The notes under the pieces are model-generated. The model had not been told where the DNA came from, did no database searches, and saw nothing but the letters and a program-made list of their open reading frames with translations. A stretch of 64,000 nt of DNA from Octopus sinensis (lineage: Eukaryota). Numbering within the stretch: position 1 is the first letter of the stretch; each line of letters begins with the position of its first letter. Location of the stretch: NCBI RefSeq assembly GCF_006345805.1, contig NW_021833054.1, forward strand, positions 20,003 through 84,002, in the 5' to 3' direction. Both the position numbers and the translations under genes were made by a program. Below, piece by piece: positions 41,093 to 53,557 of the stretch.

Positions 41093-42480
41093 TGGACCAG
41101 ATCTCCAGATGGAGAAAAACTGGAGCAAGGTCACAGACAAGGTGATGGCCATAACCCAGACCTAGTATGAGAGGATGCTATCCTTGTTAGGGAGGGTGGA
41201 GGTTGTACAGGTGTTTATAGCATCTATGATAACCTACTGCCTAACCGTTGTGCCTTGCCCCGGTGTGTGACTGGCCAAGTTGGAATGGATCCTTTTCCGC
41301 TTCTTGTGGAAGGGAAACCACCATGAGTGAGACACTCCATCAGCTGCCAGAAACCATAAAAAGGGTTGATTAGGGATGCCTTGGCTGATGATGCGCAAGT
41401 TTGTGCTGAGGCTGAGACATCTCTGGCTCTACCTGGATGGTGAACAGGTGTGGCCACTGCACATCAACTTCTTTTTTCTGCAATTAACATCCCTACAGGG
41501 TGTAGGTGCTTGGATCAAGCAAAGACCTAGAATGGGTGACTGGCAGAATGAGTGCAGACAAGCACTCACTTTGTTCTCCTGGGCGAGTAGTACCAGCAGC
41601 GGGGCTACCACTGTGGATTTTTATAGTGGGTTAGTAGATCACAAGTCCAACAAAGTCCTGGGGGAGGCTCTGGGCTTTGATGGGAACCAGCTAATCAACC
41701 CATTCAGAAGGACATTCGGGCTGAGGTACCTGGATAATTTCTAGAAATCCTAGGCTTGGCTGTTGTAGCAATCAGCCTTACCAATTCAAGAGAGTTTATC
41801 AAGGCACGGTTTTGACCCCACCCCCATGCCCGAGGTGCGTGCGCATCAGTGAAACTGTGGCACATGTCTTCGTACATTGTGAGGAATTGAGGGGGACTGA
41901 TAGCCTATATCAAACAACTGATGTCGGAAACGGAAAGAGTACGGCTATCAACTGAGTCCAACATTAAGATCGTACCACCTTCTTCCTTTAATAAGGAAAG
42001 AGAGGTGTCCTTTTTTTGTGTAGTAACCATACTGAAACACACAGTATGGATGACATGTAGAAGGGGAATTGAGACAGGCAACTTTGTCTCCAGACACAGG
42101 TTGGTAAGTCATTTTAACTATCACCTGATAAGAAATATTTATCAGGAGAAAAAGGGCCTGCCTCAAAGAGTGTTCGAGAAAAGATGGATAACTGTTATAA
42201 AGAAGCTGAGATTGAATGAGGCTGTGCTTGTGTAACTGGTCAAGGTGAAAAAAAAGGAAAAAAAAAGAACGGAAAACAAAGTAAAAAAAAGGAAAAAGCC
42301 GGTGGCTTAAATAAAAAGCCAAGAAATGTGCTTATTATAATCATTTTATTCTCATTCAACTTTTCGATTTAACATACCGATTTAATCAATTTTTATCCTT
42401 ATGATTGTAACCCCAGCCCTGTGTAAAGACTGTCCTTGTTTTGTCCCCTCTATGTATGCCTCTAAAGGCAAATAAAGAAA
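41093..42480 (+). mobile_element. 5'-truncated Tx1/L1-like LINE (ORF2 C-terminus + 3'UTR)
   Basis: Decayed translation NWSKVTDKV..MLSLLGRVEVVQVFIASMITYCLTVVPCP..LEWILFRFLWKG, typical of the post-RT region of Tx1/L1 ORF2; A-rich 3' region ends AATAAAGAAA. Confidence 0.7.
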
Positions 42481-43104
42481 TTCTTTGGACACGCCACTGA
42501 CAACATGCAACTCGTCTCCAGCAACAATGTATCTGACACCAGCCAGTCTCCGCTTTCGTCTACACCAGACACCTGCCTACATCATTGCTGTATGAAGACC
42601 ACACAACCAACAGACCAATGGCTGCCTCTACATACCACCAAACAGTATGCCAACTATGTCTAGCAAATAAACAGTCCAGCCTAACCACAAAGTTCTCTTA
42701 TACATCTTTGTTATAACCTGTTTTATTTCATGTATGGCAATCATTGTATTTTGTAACAGAATAAATCGTCACTTACCAGTTCTTTTCATCATATATCCAT
42801 TTTCACATTTACCTCATTTCACATACTCGTTACAGAAGTATAGAAAGAAATTGGAAGCAGGGTTTAACAGATTCAAAAAGTGAGCATTTAAAGAAACCAA
42901 CAACAAATGTGAACATTCAAAAGAACTAACAAAGGTAAACATGGAAGAAAAGAAATTAACAACAAAGGTGAACATTGAAAGAAACACTACATAAAGGTAG
43001 GGTAACTGCAACCAGAAATGAACAAGTAGAGAAATTGTAAACAGAAATAGGAATGGTTATAAGTGAGCTAGAGAAAAAAATAAAAAGGGACAGAGAGAGA
43101 AACT

Positions 43105-43580
43105 GTAAATGTGGAGTGTACAGTGACAGAAAAACTGTACACATAAGTGACAGAGTATGTAATGTGGAATGTACAATGACTGAAAAACTGTACATGTAAG
43201 TGACAGAGAATGTAATGTGAAATGTACAGCAACTAAAAAACTGTGCACATAAATGACAGAGAATGTGATGTGGAATGTACAGTGACTGAAAAACTGTACA
43301 TATAAGTGACAATGTAATGTGGAATGTACAGCAACTAAAGAACAGTACACATAAGTGACAGTATGTAATGTGGAGTGTACATGGATTGAAACTGTACACA
43401 TAAATATGTGATGTTGAGGATACATGCACTGAAACTACAGATATTTGATAGAGTTGGTAATATTGAGTGTATAGTGAGTGAAACTGTACACATGAGTGAC
43501 AGGGTGTAATGCAGTGTGTACAGGGATTGAAACTGCACACAAAGTATATATAGGTGACAATGTGTAATGTTGAGTGCACT
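43105..43580. repeat. ~53-bp degenerate minisatellite (about 8-9 units)
   Basis: Consensus approx. AATGTGGAATGTACAGTGACTGAAAAACTGTACACATAAGTGACAGAGTATGT. Confidence 0.85.
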
Positions 43581-44749
43581 GTGATTAAGGAATCAGACAA
43601 CTGTTTTCTAAAGACTACTAATCCTTATAATGAAGCCAAAACAAGTAAAGTTTAAAAAAATTAATGGTTGTAGGAAGGGGAAGTGAATAAATCAAATATC
43701 TTTGCTATTACATCAATTAAGTTTGCGACAGCATATAGATAAAAACTATCAAATGGTATATAATACTGCATGTCATTTGCCCAGCCTTAACTATAATATA
43801 CAGAATAACAGAGCCAAGTGATCTTTTCACATTTAGACATTTAGAGACACAACGTGAATATTAATTTCCAAGGCTGTCAAACACATAAAGAACCTATTTC
43901 AAAAGAGGAAATCAAAGAAATAAAAAAACTTGATGTTTTTCTTTGTTCTTTTCTTTTCTTTCAATAAATAAACCACATATCCAGCTCCAGGTTAAAAACA
44001 AGGTTTCAGTTACAGACGTGGTGGGCTCAAGTGCATATGTTGAGATAGTGCTGTCGAAGTATACTGTCATTTAAAAATATGTCATCTATTTTATAAGACA
44101 AATCCTTAACACTTTTTTTTTTATTAAAAGCCATGAAGTTGTAATGCTAATATGTTATTCTCACTGGATAAATTTTTAAAAATCACATCAACCTTGAATA
44201 ACTAGCATTAAATTCAGTTCTCTCTCTATATATATATATTTTATAAGCCATTGGGGTAGAAAAACAATCTATATTGTGACAGATGTAAAATTATCTCTTT
44301 CTTACACTTTTATTTCTTCCCCTTTCTCTTGTAATGCTTAGGTAATTTGGAATTATATTCTCTAATTAAAATATGATACAAATTATAGTAATGATGAAAA
44401 ACAGTAGTTTTCTAATAAACAACCCATTTAATTTCATGTATAACTTTTATTCTAACTTCACAAGGTTACAAATAAACAAAAAGGGACAAATTTTACTTCA
44501 AGTTTCAATATGATGTGATGTTAGTCCTTATAAACATTTGTAACCCCAGCTTAGACATCTATTTTATAGAATTTTAAAAAGTATCACATAAGCCTACAAA
44601 TCAAGTTATTTTTAGCAATATGTCACAGACATACTTTAACTAACCTAAAGTTTGCTAATGCCAAAACACTGCTTGGTGCTGATACTGCTAAATTTCTCCT
44701 GACCTGACAGTCCAATAGCACAACTTAGTCAATGTTGTTGATTGTGTTT

Positions 44750-44968
44750 CCCTTTCATTACTGTATTTATTTTGAGATACTCTGTGTTTCTTTCAATTAC
44801 TTTAAATGTAACAAAGAATTTAGAAAAATAACTTAGTTATCATTCAGCTAGTGTTAGGAACATAAATTGTGACTAAGGTTTGGTAGAAGATTTTAATTCA
44901 AAACTTATGAAAACAAGGCATATGTACTCAGAACCCGAACTGGTTTCATCCGGGTTGGTAACAAAAGG
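44750..44968. mobile_element. piggyBac-like MITE (same family as 1903-2108, opposite orientation)
   Basis: Body is the reverse complement of 1903-2108; ends GGTAACAAAAGGG|TTAA. Confidence 0.7.
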
Positions 44969-45404
44969 GTTAAATTTGCCCAGAGCTACCTCTCTTTAGT
45001 ATTTTTCATTGATAATGACTAAAGAGCTAGAAACAATGTGTCTGGGAATCTGATAGAGGGTGACAATGAGCAGTGTTTTTGCCTTTTGAGAGACATTTAT
45101 CTCCATAGTAACTGCAGAGAATTTGCCTTTAGAAGTTGAAATATGTCACAAACATATTTTAACTAACCTAAAGTTTGCTTTTAACAATCTTTATATCATA
45201 TTTAAAGCATATTTACTGATGAAAGTCTTCTAAACTGCAGCATTATTTGTCTCAAGAATGCATCTCTTATAAACATGTCATAGTCTCTTAAAAAGAAAAA
45301 ACAAATATACCAACAGCAGGTGATGCCACAACTGGGCAATTTTTGCCTGCTGCAGTTATATTTCAGTGCTCCTTGATGCTATATCATCCTCCTCCTCCTC
45401 CTCC

Positions 45405-46940
45405 TCATCATCATCATCGTTTAAGGTCCGTTCTCCATGCTGGTATGGGTTGGATGGTTTGACTGGGGCCTGGGAAGCCTAGAGGCTGCACCAGGCTCCA
45501 GTCTGATCTGGCAGTATTTCTACAGCTGAATGCTCTTCCTAACGCCAACCACTCCGAGAGTTTAGTGCTTTTTATGTGCCACCAGTATAGGAGCCAGAGG
45601 GGGCTGGCAACGACCACAATCGGTTGGTACTTTTTACGTGCCACCAGCACGGAAGCCAGTCAAGGGGGCGCTGGCATCAGCCACGGTCGGATGGTGCTTT
45701 TTATGTGCCACCAGCATGGGGATCACAACTACAAATTCCTTTTGATTTTGGTTTTGATGTACTTGACTCAATAGGTCTCCTCAAGCATGGTATCTTGCCC
45801 TATGATCCAAGGTACTTTTGAGTGGGCTGGTTATGCGACACTGGTGTAGGTTACAGCTGTGAACTCACTTTATTTGCTGGGTCTTCTCAGTCACAGCATA
45901 ACTCCAGAGGTCTCAGTGTTTTGTCATTGCCTCTGTGAGGCCCAATGTTCAAAGGTCATACATCACCACCTCATCCCATGTCTTCCTGGGTCTTCCCCTA
46001 CCCCAGATTCTTCCCACTGTTTGGTAGTGGCATTTCTTCACACAGATCTCCTCATCCATCCATAGTACATGACCATACCAACATAAATGTCTTTCTTGCA
46101 TGTCATATCTGATGCTTCTTATGTCCAACATTTCTCTCAGGGCGCTTACACTCTATCGTGTGTGCACACTGACATTACACATCCAGCAGATCGTGCTAGC
46201 TTCATTTCTTTTGAGCCTACACATGCCTTCAGCAGTCATGGCTCATGTTTCACTGCCATGAAGCATGTCAGTTCACACACGGGCATCACACAATCTACCT
46301 TTCACTCTGATCAAGAGACCCTTTGTCACCAGTAGGGGTAAGAGCTTTCTGAACTTTGCCCAGGCTATTCTTATTCTAGTGGTAACATTCTCTGAACATC
46401 CACCCCCACTACAGACTTGGTCACCTAGGTAGTGAAAGCTATCAACTGCTTCTAGTTTCTTCCCCTGGCATATGATTGAATCTGTTTTCTGAGCATCTGT
46501 AATGTTTATTACCCCTGTGCATCTGCCGCTCATGAAAGCTATCTTCCTATTTAATCTTCCTTTGATGTTACTGCACCTCTTATATGTCCATAGCTTACAC
46601 TGGGTGCATCCATGGAGTTTCTACCTATACCTTTTCTACAGATTGAGCAGGGTCACCTATCTGAAGGGGTATGTGATGTGTTCGCCTTCCTACTTACTAG
46701 AACTTTGGTCTTTGCAACATTGACTATAAGGCCCTTCGATTCTAAACCTTGCTTCCACACCTGAAATTTCTTCTCTAGTTCCAGCAGTGATTCTGCTATG
46801 AGGGCCAGGTCATAAGCATAGAGGAGCTCCCATGGGCAACCTGTCTTGAATTCCTCTGTTATTGCCTGGAGGACTATGATGAATAAGAGGGGGCTGAACC
46901 TTGGTGGACCCCTACTTCTACCTGGAATTCTTCACTATAC
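45405..46940 (-). mobile_element. 5'-truncated RTE-clade LINE (RT domain 3' half to tail)
   Basis: VGVHQGS..LFIIVLQ..CPWELLYAYDL (YADD mutated)..VNVAKTK; VDSFHYLGD..RIRIAWAKFRKLLPLL; [18 protein letters not shown]; (GAT/GAG)n tail. Confidence 0.9.
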
Positions 46941-47244
46941 TCATTGCCAACCCTAACCTTACTATTGGCATCTCTGTATATGGCCTTACCTTTACAATTA
47001 AAAAAAATAGAAGTTTTTATGATTTTATTACAAAATCTTGAAGATTTTACCATAATTCAGAATCTCTTAAAAATAAATTTCATAGAAAACGATCAAAATC
47101 TGACTTTTCACTGTTTTCTTTTAAGGTTTAAAATTTAATGGTACTAAAACAAAAAAAGAAAAAGACACAAAGAGAATTAAGACAGATAATTAGGAGTAAA
47201 CAGGATATTTAAGTGTTTCTAGAGTGAAATGCCTAGTTTCTTAC

Positions 47245-47443
47245 CTTTCGGCTGTTGCATGCTGACTGCCGATAACGGTGCCATTGACATCCTAAGGAGC
47301 CAGTTATGCAAAGAAGGCAATAATTGTGTTTGTAATATTGAAATCGCATGTGAGTAACCATAGCAACAAGAATGAACAGACAGTAAAAGCAGTCAACAGA
47401 AGTAAACAGCAGATCTACCAACTCTATAAACCATGTTTCTAGC
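47245..47443 (-). pseudogene. Probable upstream exon of the TMUB-like locus (degenerate)
   Basis: Strong acceptor TTTCTTCTTTTTCAG and donor AAG|GTAAGA. ATG at 47434 is followed by FIE..VD-like and hydrophobic LLLWLLT segments in different frames, loosely like the TMUB N-terminus (IEGVGDEV..LAWLST). Confidence 0.4.
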
Positions 47444-48819
47444 CTGAAAAAGAAGAAATTCAGAAATTAGTCAATAATAGAAATGGAACAATAATAATTT
47501 GATTCATTATGCATTTAACATCTATTTTCTTTTCTGGCACGGGTTGGACAGTTTGACAAGAGCTGGCAAAGCCAGGAGTCACACCAGATTCCATAGTCTG
47601 TCTTAGCATAGTTTTTACAGCTGTATACCCTTACTAATGCCAACCCCTTTACAGAGTGTACTGGATGCTCTTTATATGACACCAGTGCTTTTTACATGAC
47701 ACTATCATTTGTAAATAGAAAAAAAATTTTAACATTATTATTCCTAAGTAGAAGCTTTTTACAAATTGAATTTTTTTAATAATTGTAGATTAAGATGAGA
47801 GTCAGGTCAGGGACCTTATCACAGGCTGATGAGACCAGCTACTGGTACCATGTAAAGCAGTACTACATGTTCTATGGTCAAGTAGACAATGACTAAAATG
47901 GTTTCCCCTCTTTTGCTGAGTACTATTATATAATTAGTAGTAAATTATAGATCTATTTATCATAACTAGCTGGACATGTGAAAAATTCACAGAAGATATA
48001 AAAAATGTAAGCATTTTCAGGATGTTGACAAAATGTGAAGTCATGCACAAAATGGAAGCTTCCAAATCCTGTTTCCTGACTGAGTGAAAATGATTAAACT
48101 TTAAACCTTTATAACTTTTTAAAAGCACTTTTCTGGAAAAAATGAAATAACTCCAGCAATTCATTTCGGGCAAGTGTATTATTGTGCCAATGATGGAGTA
48201 ACCACTGGACATTGAAGGATCAACATCAAGAAGGAAGAAATATTTACATATATTTATTTGTTTGCCCAACAGATAGTTAGAGAGACAGTAGTACTTGTAG
48301 TGATAGTGAAAATTTTTTCCGATAGTCTGCCAGTAGACGGAGAATTGTTGTCTGCCAATAGAGAGGGAAAGAGTAAGGAATGCATGGTGCTGACTAGAGA
48401 GGAAGAAAGGATAATGGTGGCTCTGCTCTGATTGGCTGTATGCAAATAAGTTCATTACTGGGGTCTGGAACTCTGGTGGAAAAAAAATTTTCATGTGCCA
48501 AGTGAAAGATAGTGTTTCTTTTTGACTCCGTGTGTGTTGTGCTTACAAACGTGTTTATATTCTTTAATGTGATAAAGTGTTGAATTAGATTATTATCCTG
48601 CTTCCAGCTTCAGTGTTGCTGCCAGGATTTGAAAAACAGGGTATATTTCTCCCCTCATTTTGTGACTTAGGGGGAATTTTTGAAAAACAGGGGAGAATTC
48701 ACAGTGGTGTTCAATGAACAAATTAAACACACTACCTGGCAGTGGCTAAAGCACAAACTGATCAAGTTTATGTATAAATGTTCTTTTTATATGTTTGTTT
48801 CTTTCTAAACTACAGCTAA

Positions 48820-51800
48820 AATTTTTCTGAAGCAGCACCCCCCACTAATTTTATCTTTGAGCTGCCACTGTTCAGGGGCAATTTAAAAGTAGAGTGAGAT
48901 GTTCTTCCTCCTGGAAGTAAAGTAGCAGCAATACCTGGAAGAAGCAACAGCCAAAGCCATTTTTTTCTCTTGTTGCACTTTGGCAAGTAAAAGCTTTGTG
49001 ACAAATGTTTTGCCAGTGCCTGCAGAAGCATCAAGGTAAAAAAAATAGCCCTCCCATTTGATCAAAAATCTTTTCTAGTATAGTATTGTAGAATACTTTT
49101 TGCTCAAGCAACAATTTCAGTTCATTTTTCACTAACATATCTTGAGAGGTCTTCAATGTCGTAGGAAGTCTCACTTAATAGATATGTTGTTAAACTATCG
49201 AGTTTAGAATGATTGGTATGAGATAGTCCATATCCATGTAATTCATTCCCTTTCATAGAAACAACTTTCTCTTCAATGGCAATTAAAGCAGCATTGTAGA
49301 TTTCATTACTGTATTCTATTTTCGTGTGAAGACATTGTAATTGAACCTGGTATATGTAATCATTCACGAACATAATCCATACAGGATATAGTTCTTTTGG
49401 AAGTGATTCCTCCAACTTGTGATGTACCAAAGTGGTATCCATCTTCTTTGTTAGTAAAAAGCAAGGGACATTGTAAAGCATCATATGAATGATATGTTTC
49501 AGTTATGAACATGATGCTATTGTCACAATATTTCAATATTGTTCTCCAATCATAATAATAGCCATTTCAGTACACTCAGGAACATTGAATCAATGAACAT
49601 GTTCTTCTGCTGGTGTTTTGTTGGCATCAATGACAACTTGAAAGTCTGCAGTTGAAGTATATTCTAAAGTGTAGCATACACTCAAGTGAAATTTCTCTCC
49701 CTTTTATTATATATAGATACATTCGAACGTAGCAGATAACAGATAACCTTTGGCTGCTATTTGGACCCTGTTGTGTCCACAACCCTGATTGGTTGGTATT
49801 AGTGCAATTTGTCTCTTACTCTGTCGCACCAATATGCAGCATAAAACCAATCAGAGCCCCTAAATAAGATTATGTGAGACAGCCTTTTCTCAACCCCTTT
49901 TGAACGTACTGTTCATTATAAAAACTCACCTTCTCCTCATCTTGAAGTCTTTGGTTCCAGACCTTTTAAGATCTAGCCACTGACTACACAAGACACAGCC
50001 AGTTCCAGCAACAATGCCAGACGACAACACCTGTCCAACAGCAAAACACCCAGGTTTCAACATAGCACTGTTAGTGATTTAATTCACCATGAATCAACAA
50101 CAAATATGCAACCTGCGAGCCAGACGACAACACCTGCCCAACAGCATAATGGCAACCATCGATTTCGTCACCACCAGCTTCTTAATGGCATCAACATCGT
50201 CTCTAGGTATACAGCTCAACAAGCAACTTGCAGAGGTTCCAATATTGCACTGTTTGTGAATTACTTCATGGTTAACAGCAAATATACAACCTGCAAGAAC
50301 TCCTGTACAAGTGAGCCAGGCAGCAGCATTACAGCCACAACTTCATATGACACATACTGCAACTGGCTCTGCATCACCGTCTCTTCTTGATAGAGTATTT
50401 CAACTACCGTGTACAATTGACAACAAACTGGTATTTTCTTTCTTGTGTCTACAAACATTCGTCTAACTTCTCATATTAGACTCTTTCACTTTCTTCCTCA
50501 TTTTTGTTCTAATATGTAGCGCACACATACATCCATGCACTTTGTTCTCATGACAGCTTGTCTATTATTCTGTATACATGATGCACACAAAGACACATGC
50601 CAACGTATCAATAAATCATCTCTCAAACATTCTACTCAGTTGTCTCTCTCTTTTCCAACTGGCAAAGTCGTTATTAGATGGTTTCACCACACTTCCATGA
50701 CCATCTAAAAAAGCATACTGAACGCTTCTCACATAAGAATTCTTTTCGTGATGCATTTCTCGCAGCTTAAAAATAAGTTCTAATCTTGTACCTGGACAAT
50801 TCTTGATGTGATACTGTGCTTCCTTTTGAATGTCACCTATAAAATATATTTGTAAAAATTGTGGATCTTTATTCTGTAAAGGCTTAAGAGAGCCAATTCT
50901 GTGATAAATATTTCCTTGCACTTTAAAAGTTGACATAAACCCACTTTCCCTAATAATTTTTACCCTAAATGATGTTATTTGGAAAGTAGAATTGTATGCT
51001 CTAATATTTTTCAGAAAGTATTTTGATTCTGAAGCGACACCCAAAAGATGTTTTATAAGTTCTGGAGGCTCAATTATTGGTAAATGGACTTCACTTTTAG
51101 AACAACACTTACCTAATAATTCCTTGTCCCACTTCCTAGCACCACACTTTTCACATGTTTTGCACATAGAGCCCAGGGAGACAAGTTTTTCAGATGCATA
51201 ATTACAATCAGGAACATAATTAAATGCTACACCTTGCCTCTGAAATCGTCTATACTTTTTCTGCTGATTTTCTCTGAAAAGCTTTCTTCTTTTTAGTCAT
51301 ATTTTTCAGTCACTTACACTCTCTTCTTTTCTATTTATTCTACCTTTTTCTCTCCTTTTCTGCAATCATATTTCTTTATTTGTTTCATTTTCTTGTATGT
51401 TTTTATTTCAGTAATTTTCCTTCTTTCTCTGCAATCTTATTTCCCTATCTTTATCGCTTTCTTTTTCTCTTGTCCTCCTCTCATATTCCTTCATTTTTTC
51501 CAATGTTTTTTTTTTTACGATCTTCATTTTTAGTGTTTGAATTCTCATTCTTTTGCCTTTTTCACTGTCTTGTGATGTTTTATTTCCTTCTTCATTTCTT
51601 TCAATGCTCATGATTGTTTATGGGAAAGAGAGCATCGTAATGGTCGTTGTCAAGTTCGCCATTATATAATACTAAAACCTTCCTTTGCAACATTGTACAA
51701 TTCACTAATGATAGCTAATTCAACAATACCGCCGTATGTTCCATCCCTACTCATGTATGTTTGGTATTCCTGCATTTTACTATTAGGAATAAAAGAACGA

Positions 51801-51904
51801 AAATACTTCCAATTATTGCATATGTATTCCCGAAGAATTTGGTAATTTCTGTTGTTTTTGAGCAAGAGTGACACAGCTCTGGCCATACAGTTACCATCAC
51901 CCAT
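48820..51904 (-). mobile_element. Decayed, internally deleted RepHel Helitron with OTU domain
   Basis: In order: OTU (51620-51904), K/E/R-rich coiled region, Zn finger CKTCEKCGA..KCC plus FKVQGNIYHRIGSL..FLQIYF (50706-51167), EH..FNVP and HSYDALQ.PLLF (49440-49670), and PIF1 Walker A DASAGTGKTF..AVASSGIAATLLPGGRTSHSTFKLPL (48860-49050). Confidence 0.9.
51620..51904 (-). pseudogene. OTU-family cysteine protease domain (Helitron-encoded)
   Basis: GDGNCMARAVS (catalytic Cys box), YMSRDGTYGGIVELAIISELYNV, and downstream GELDNDHYDALFP (catalytic His) read from 51622-51660. Confidence 0.85.
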
Positions 51905-52197
51905 AACTTTATTAAAAGACTGAATTAATAAATTAATGTAATTGTTGAATATTTTTCAATAAATTCAGTAAGGGACGTTATCTTCAGTTCAAACTTTACA
52001 TAGTTCTATGAAGAGAACGTGACGGAAAATTACAACACCAAAAGGGATAAGATACTAAATGATAGCAAAATCCCCTTTAGAAATCTGTATTTCTATCTTT
52101 GCGATAGATGAATGAGTGATTATAATTTTGTAAATAATAAAAACGAAATTAATAAGCTACTTCACCTTCAATGTTGACTTGAAACGTGGTCTTCATG

Positions 52198-52670
52198 AAA
52201 GAAAAGTGAACTAAGTATTTAGCAGACGATAACTTCTTTATCAACTTTTCACAAATGGAAGAAACGGAATACTTCGGTTATTTCCGGATAATTTCGGTTT
52301 AAACGTTGTCCAATACTTGTCTAGAAATTTGTGAGTGTGTGTATGTGTGTATGAGAGAGAGGGGGGAGAGAGAGAGGGGAGAGAGAGAGAGAGAGAGAGA
52401 GACTAACAGAGGGAGAAAGACAGAGTGAAACAGACTGAGAGACAAAAAGAAAAGTGAACTAAGTATTTAGCAGACGATAACTTCTTTATCAACTTTTCAC
52501 AAATGGAAAAAACGGAATACTTCGGTTATTTCCGGATAATTTCGGTTTAAACGCTGTCCAATACTTGTCTAGAAATTTGTGAGTGTGTGTATGTGCGTGA
52601 GAGAGAGGGAGGAAGAGAGACAGAGTAAGAGAGAGCGAAAGAGAGAGTGAAACAGACTGAGAGACAAAAA
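52198..52670. repeat. Tandem duplication, period about 248 bp
   Basis: AAAGAAAAGTGAACTAAGTATTTAGCAGACGATAAC... starts at 52198 and 52446; the copies differ mainly in their (GA)n tracts. Confidence 0.85.
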
Positions 52671-53057
52671 GAGACGCGAGAAAGAGATTGACTTTGTCGC
52701 TCACACAACTCTGTCCTCCCCTTCCCTGATATCAGTCACACTCTCTATTCCACTGCTTCTCCTCACACTATTGCTCTTGCTCCTTTCTCATTTTATCAAA
52801 TGATAGCCCAACCTACCACATCGATTATATAATTCTTTTTTTTTTAATTCTTTTATTTCTTCCAGTCATTTGACCGCGCCCATGCTAGAGCACCACCTTT
52901 AGTCGAACAACCGACCCCAGAACTTATTCTTTGTAAGCCTAGTACTTATTCTATCAGTCTCTTTTTGCTGAACCATTAAGTTTCGGGGAAGTAAACACAC
53001 CAATATCGGTTGTCAAGTGATGGTGGAGTGGTGGTGGTGGGAAACACATACACACAC

Positions 53058-53512
53058 GGCGATCTTTCGTCTGTAGTAGACCTTTCCGTCGATTTCCGTA
53101 AATTTTTTTTTTTTTTTTTACATATGGGCTTGCGGGAACTTTTGAAGTAATATACATACATATACACATACACCGAGTAAAAATTTCAGTTATCTCTTTC
53201 TTTCACACATTACTCTGTCTCTTCACACACACTAACAGAAGCACTTCACTTACACAACATACTGTCTGTCTCAACATACTGTCTGTCTCCCACACCCCAT
53301 CAAACACACACACACGCACACACATACACACACACACATGTACATCAATGCTTCCCCTGGACGGTAACTTCAAAAGAACTTCCCTCGTCATACAATCGCT
53401 TTCTCTTAGTCTCTTTCGCTCTCATTACTTCAAAAGTTCCCGCAAGCCCATATGTAAAAAGAAAAAAATTTTTTACGGAAATCGACGGAAAGGTCTACTA
53501 GAGACGAAAGAT

Positions 53513-53516
<4 letters not shown>
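53058..53516. mobile_element. Unclassified MITE/foldback element with ~93-bp TIRs
   Basis: GGCGATCTTTCGTCTGTAGTAGACC...GGAACTTTTGAAGTAAT (53058-53150) is inverted at 53423-53516; no clear TSD. Confidence 0.8.

Positions 53517-53557
<41 letters not shown>

Noticed and set aside
42956-43600. Cys/His-rich ORFs that resemble zinc-finger or EGF repeats; also considered as a CRISPR-like array
   Set aside because: They are translations of a 53-bp tandem repeat (not a multiple of 3). There are no unique spacers, no cas genes, and the context is eukaryotic.
47934-48494. 186-aa minus-strand ORF
   Set aside because: No recognisable domain and non-ATG start. It overlaps repeat-like CCAAT-containing sequence. 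A BLASTP search would be needed to rescue it.
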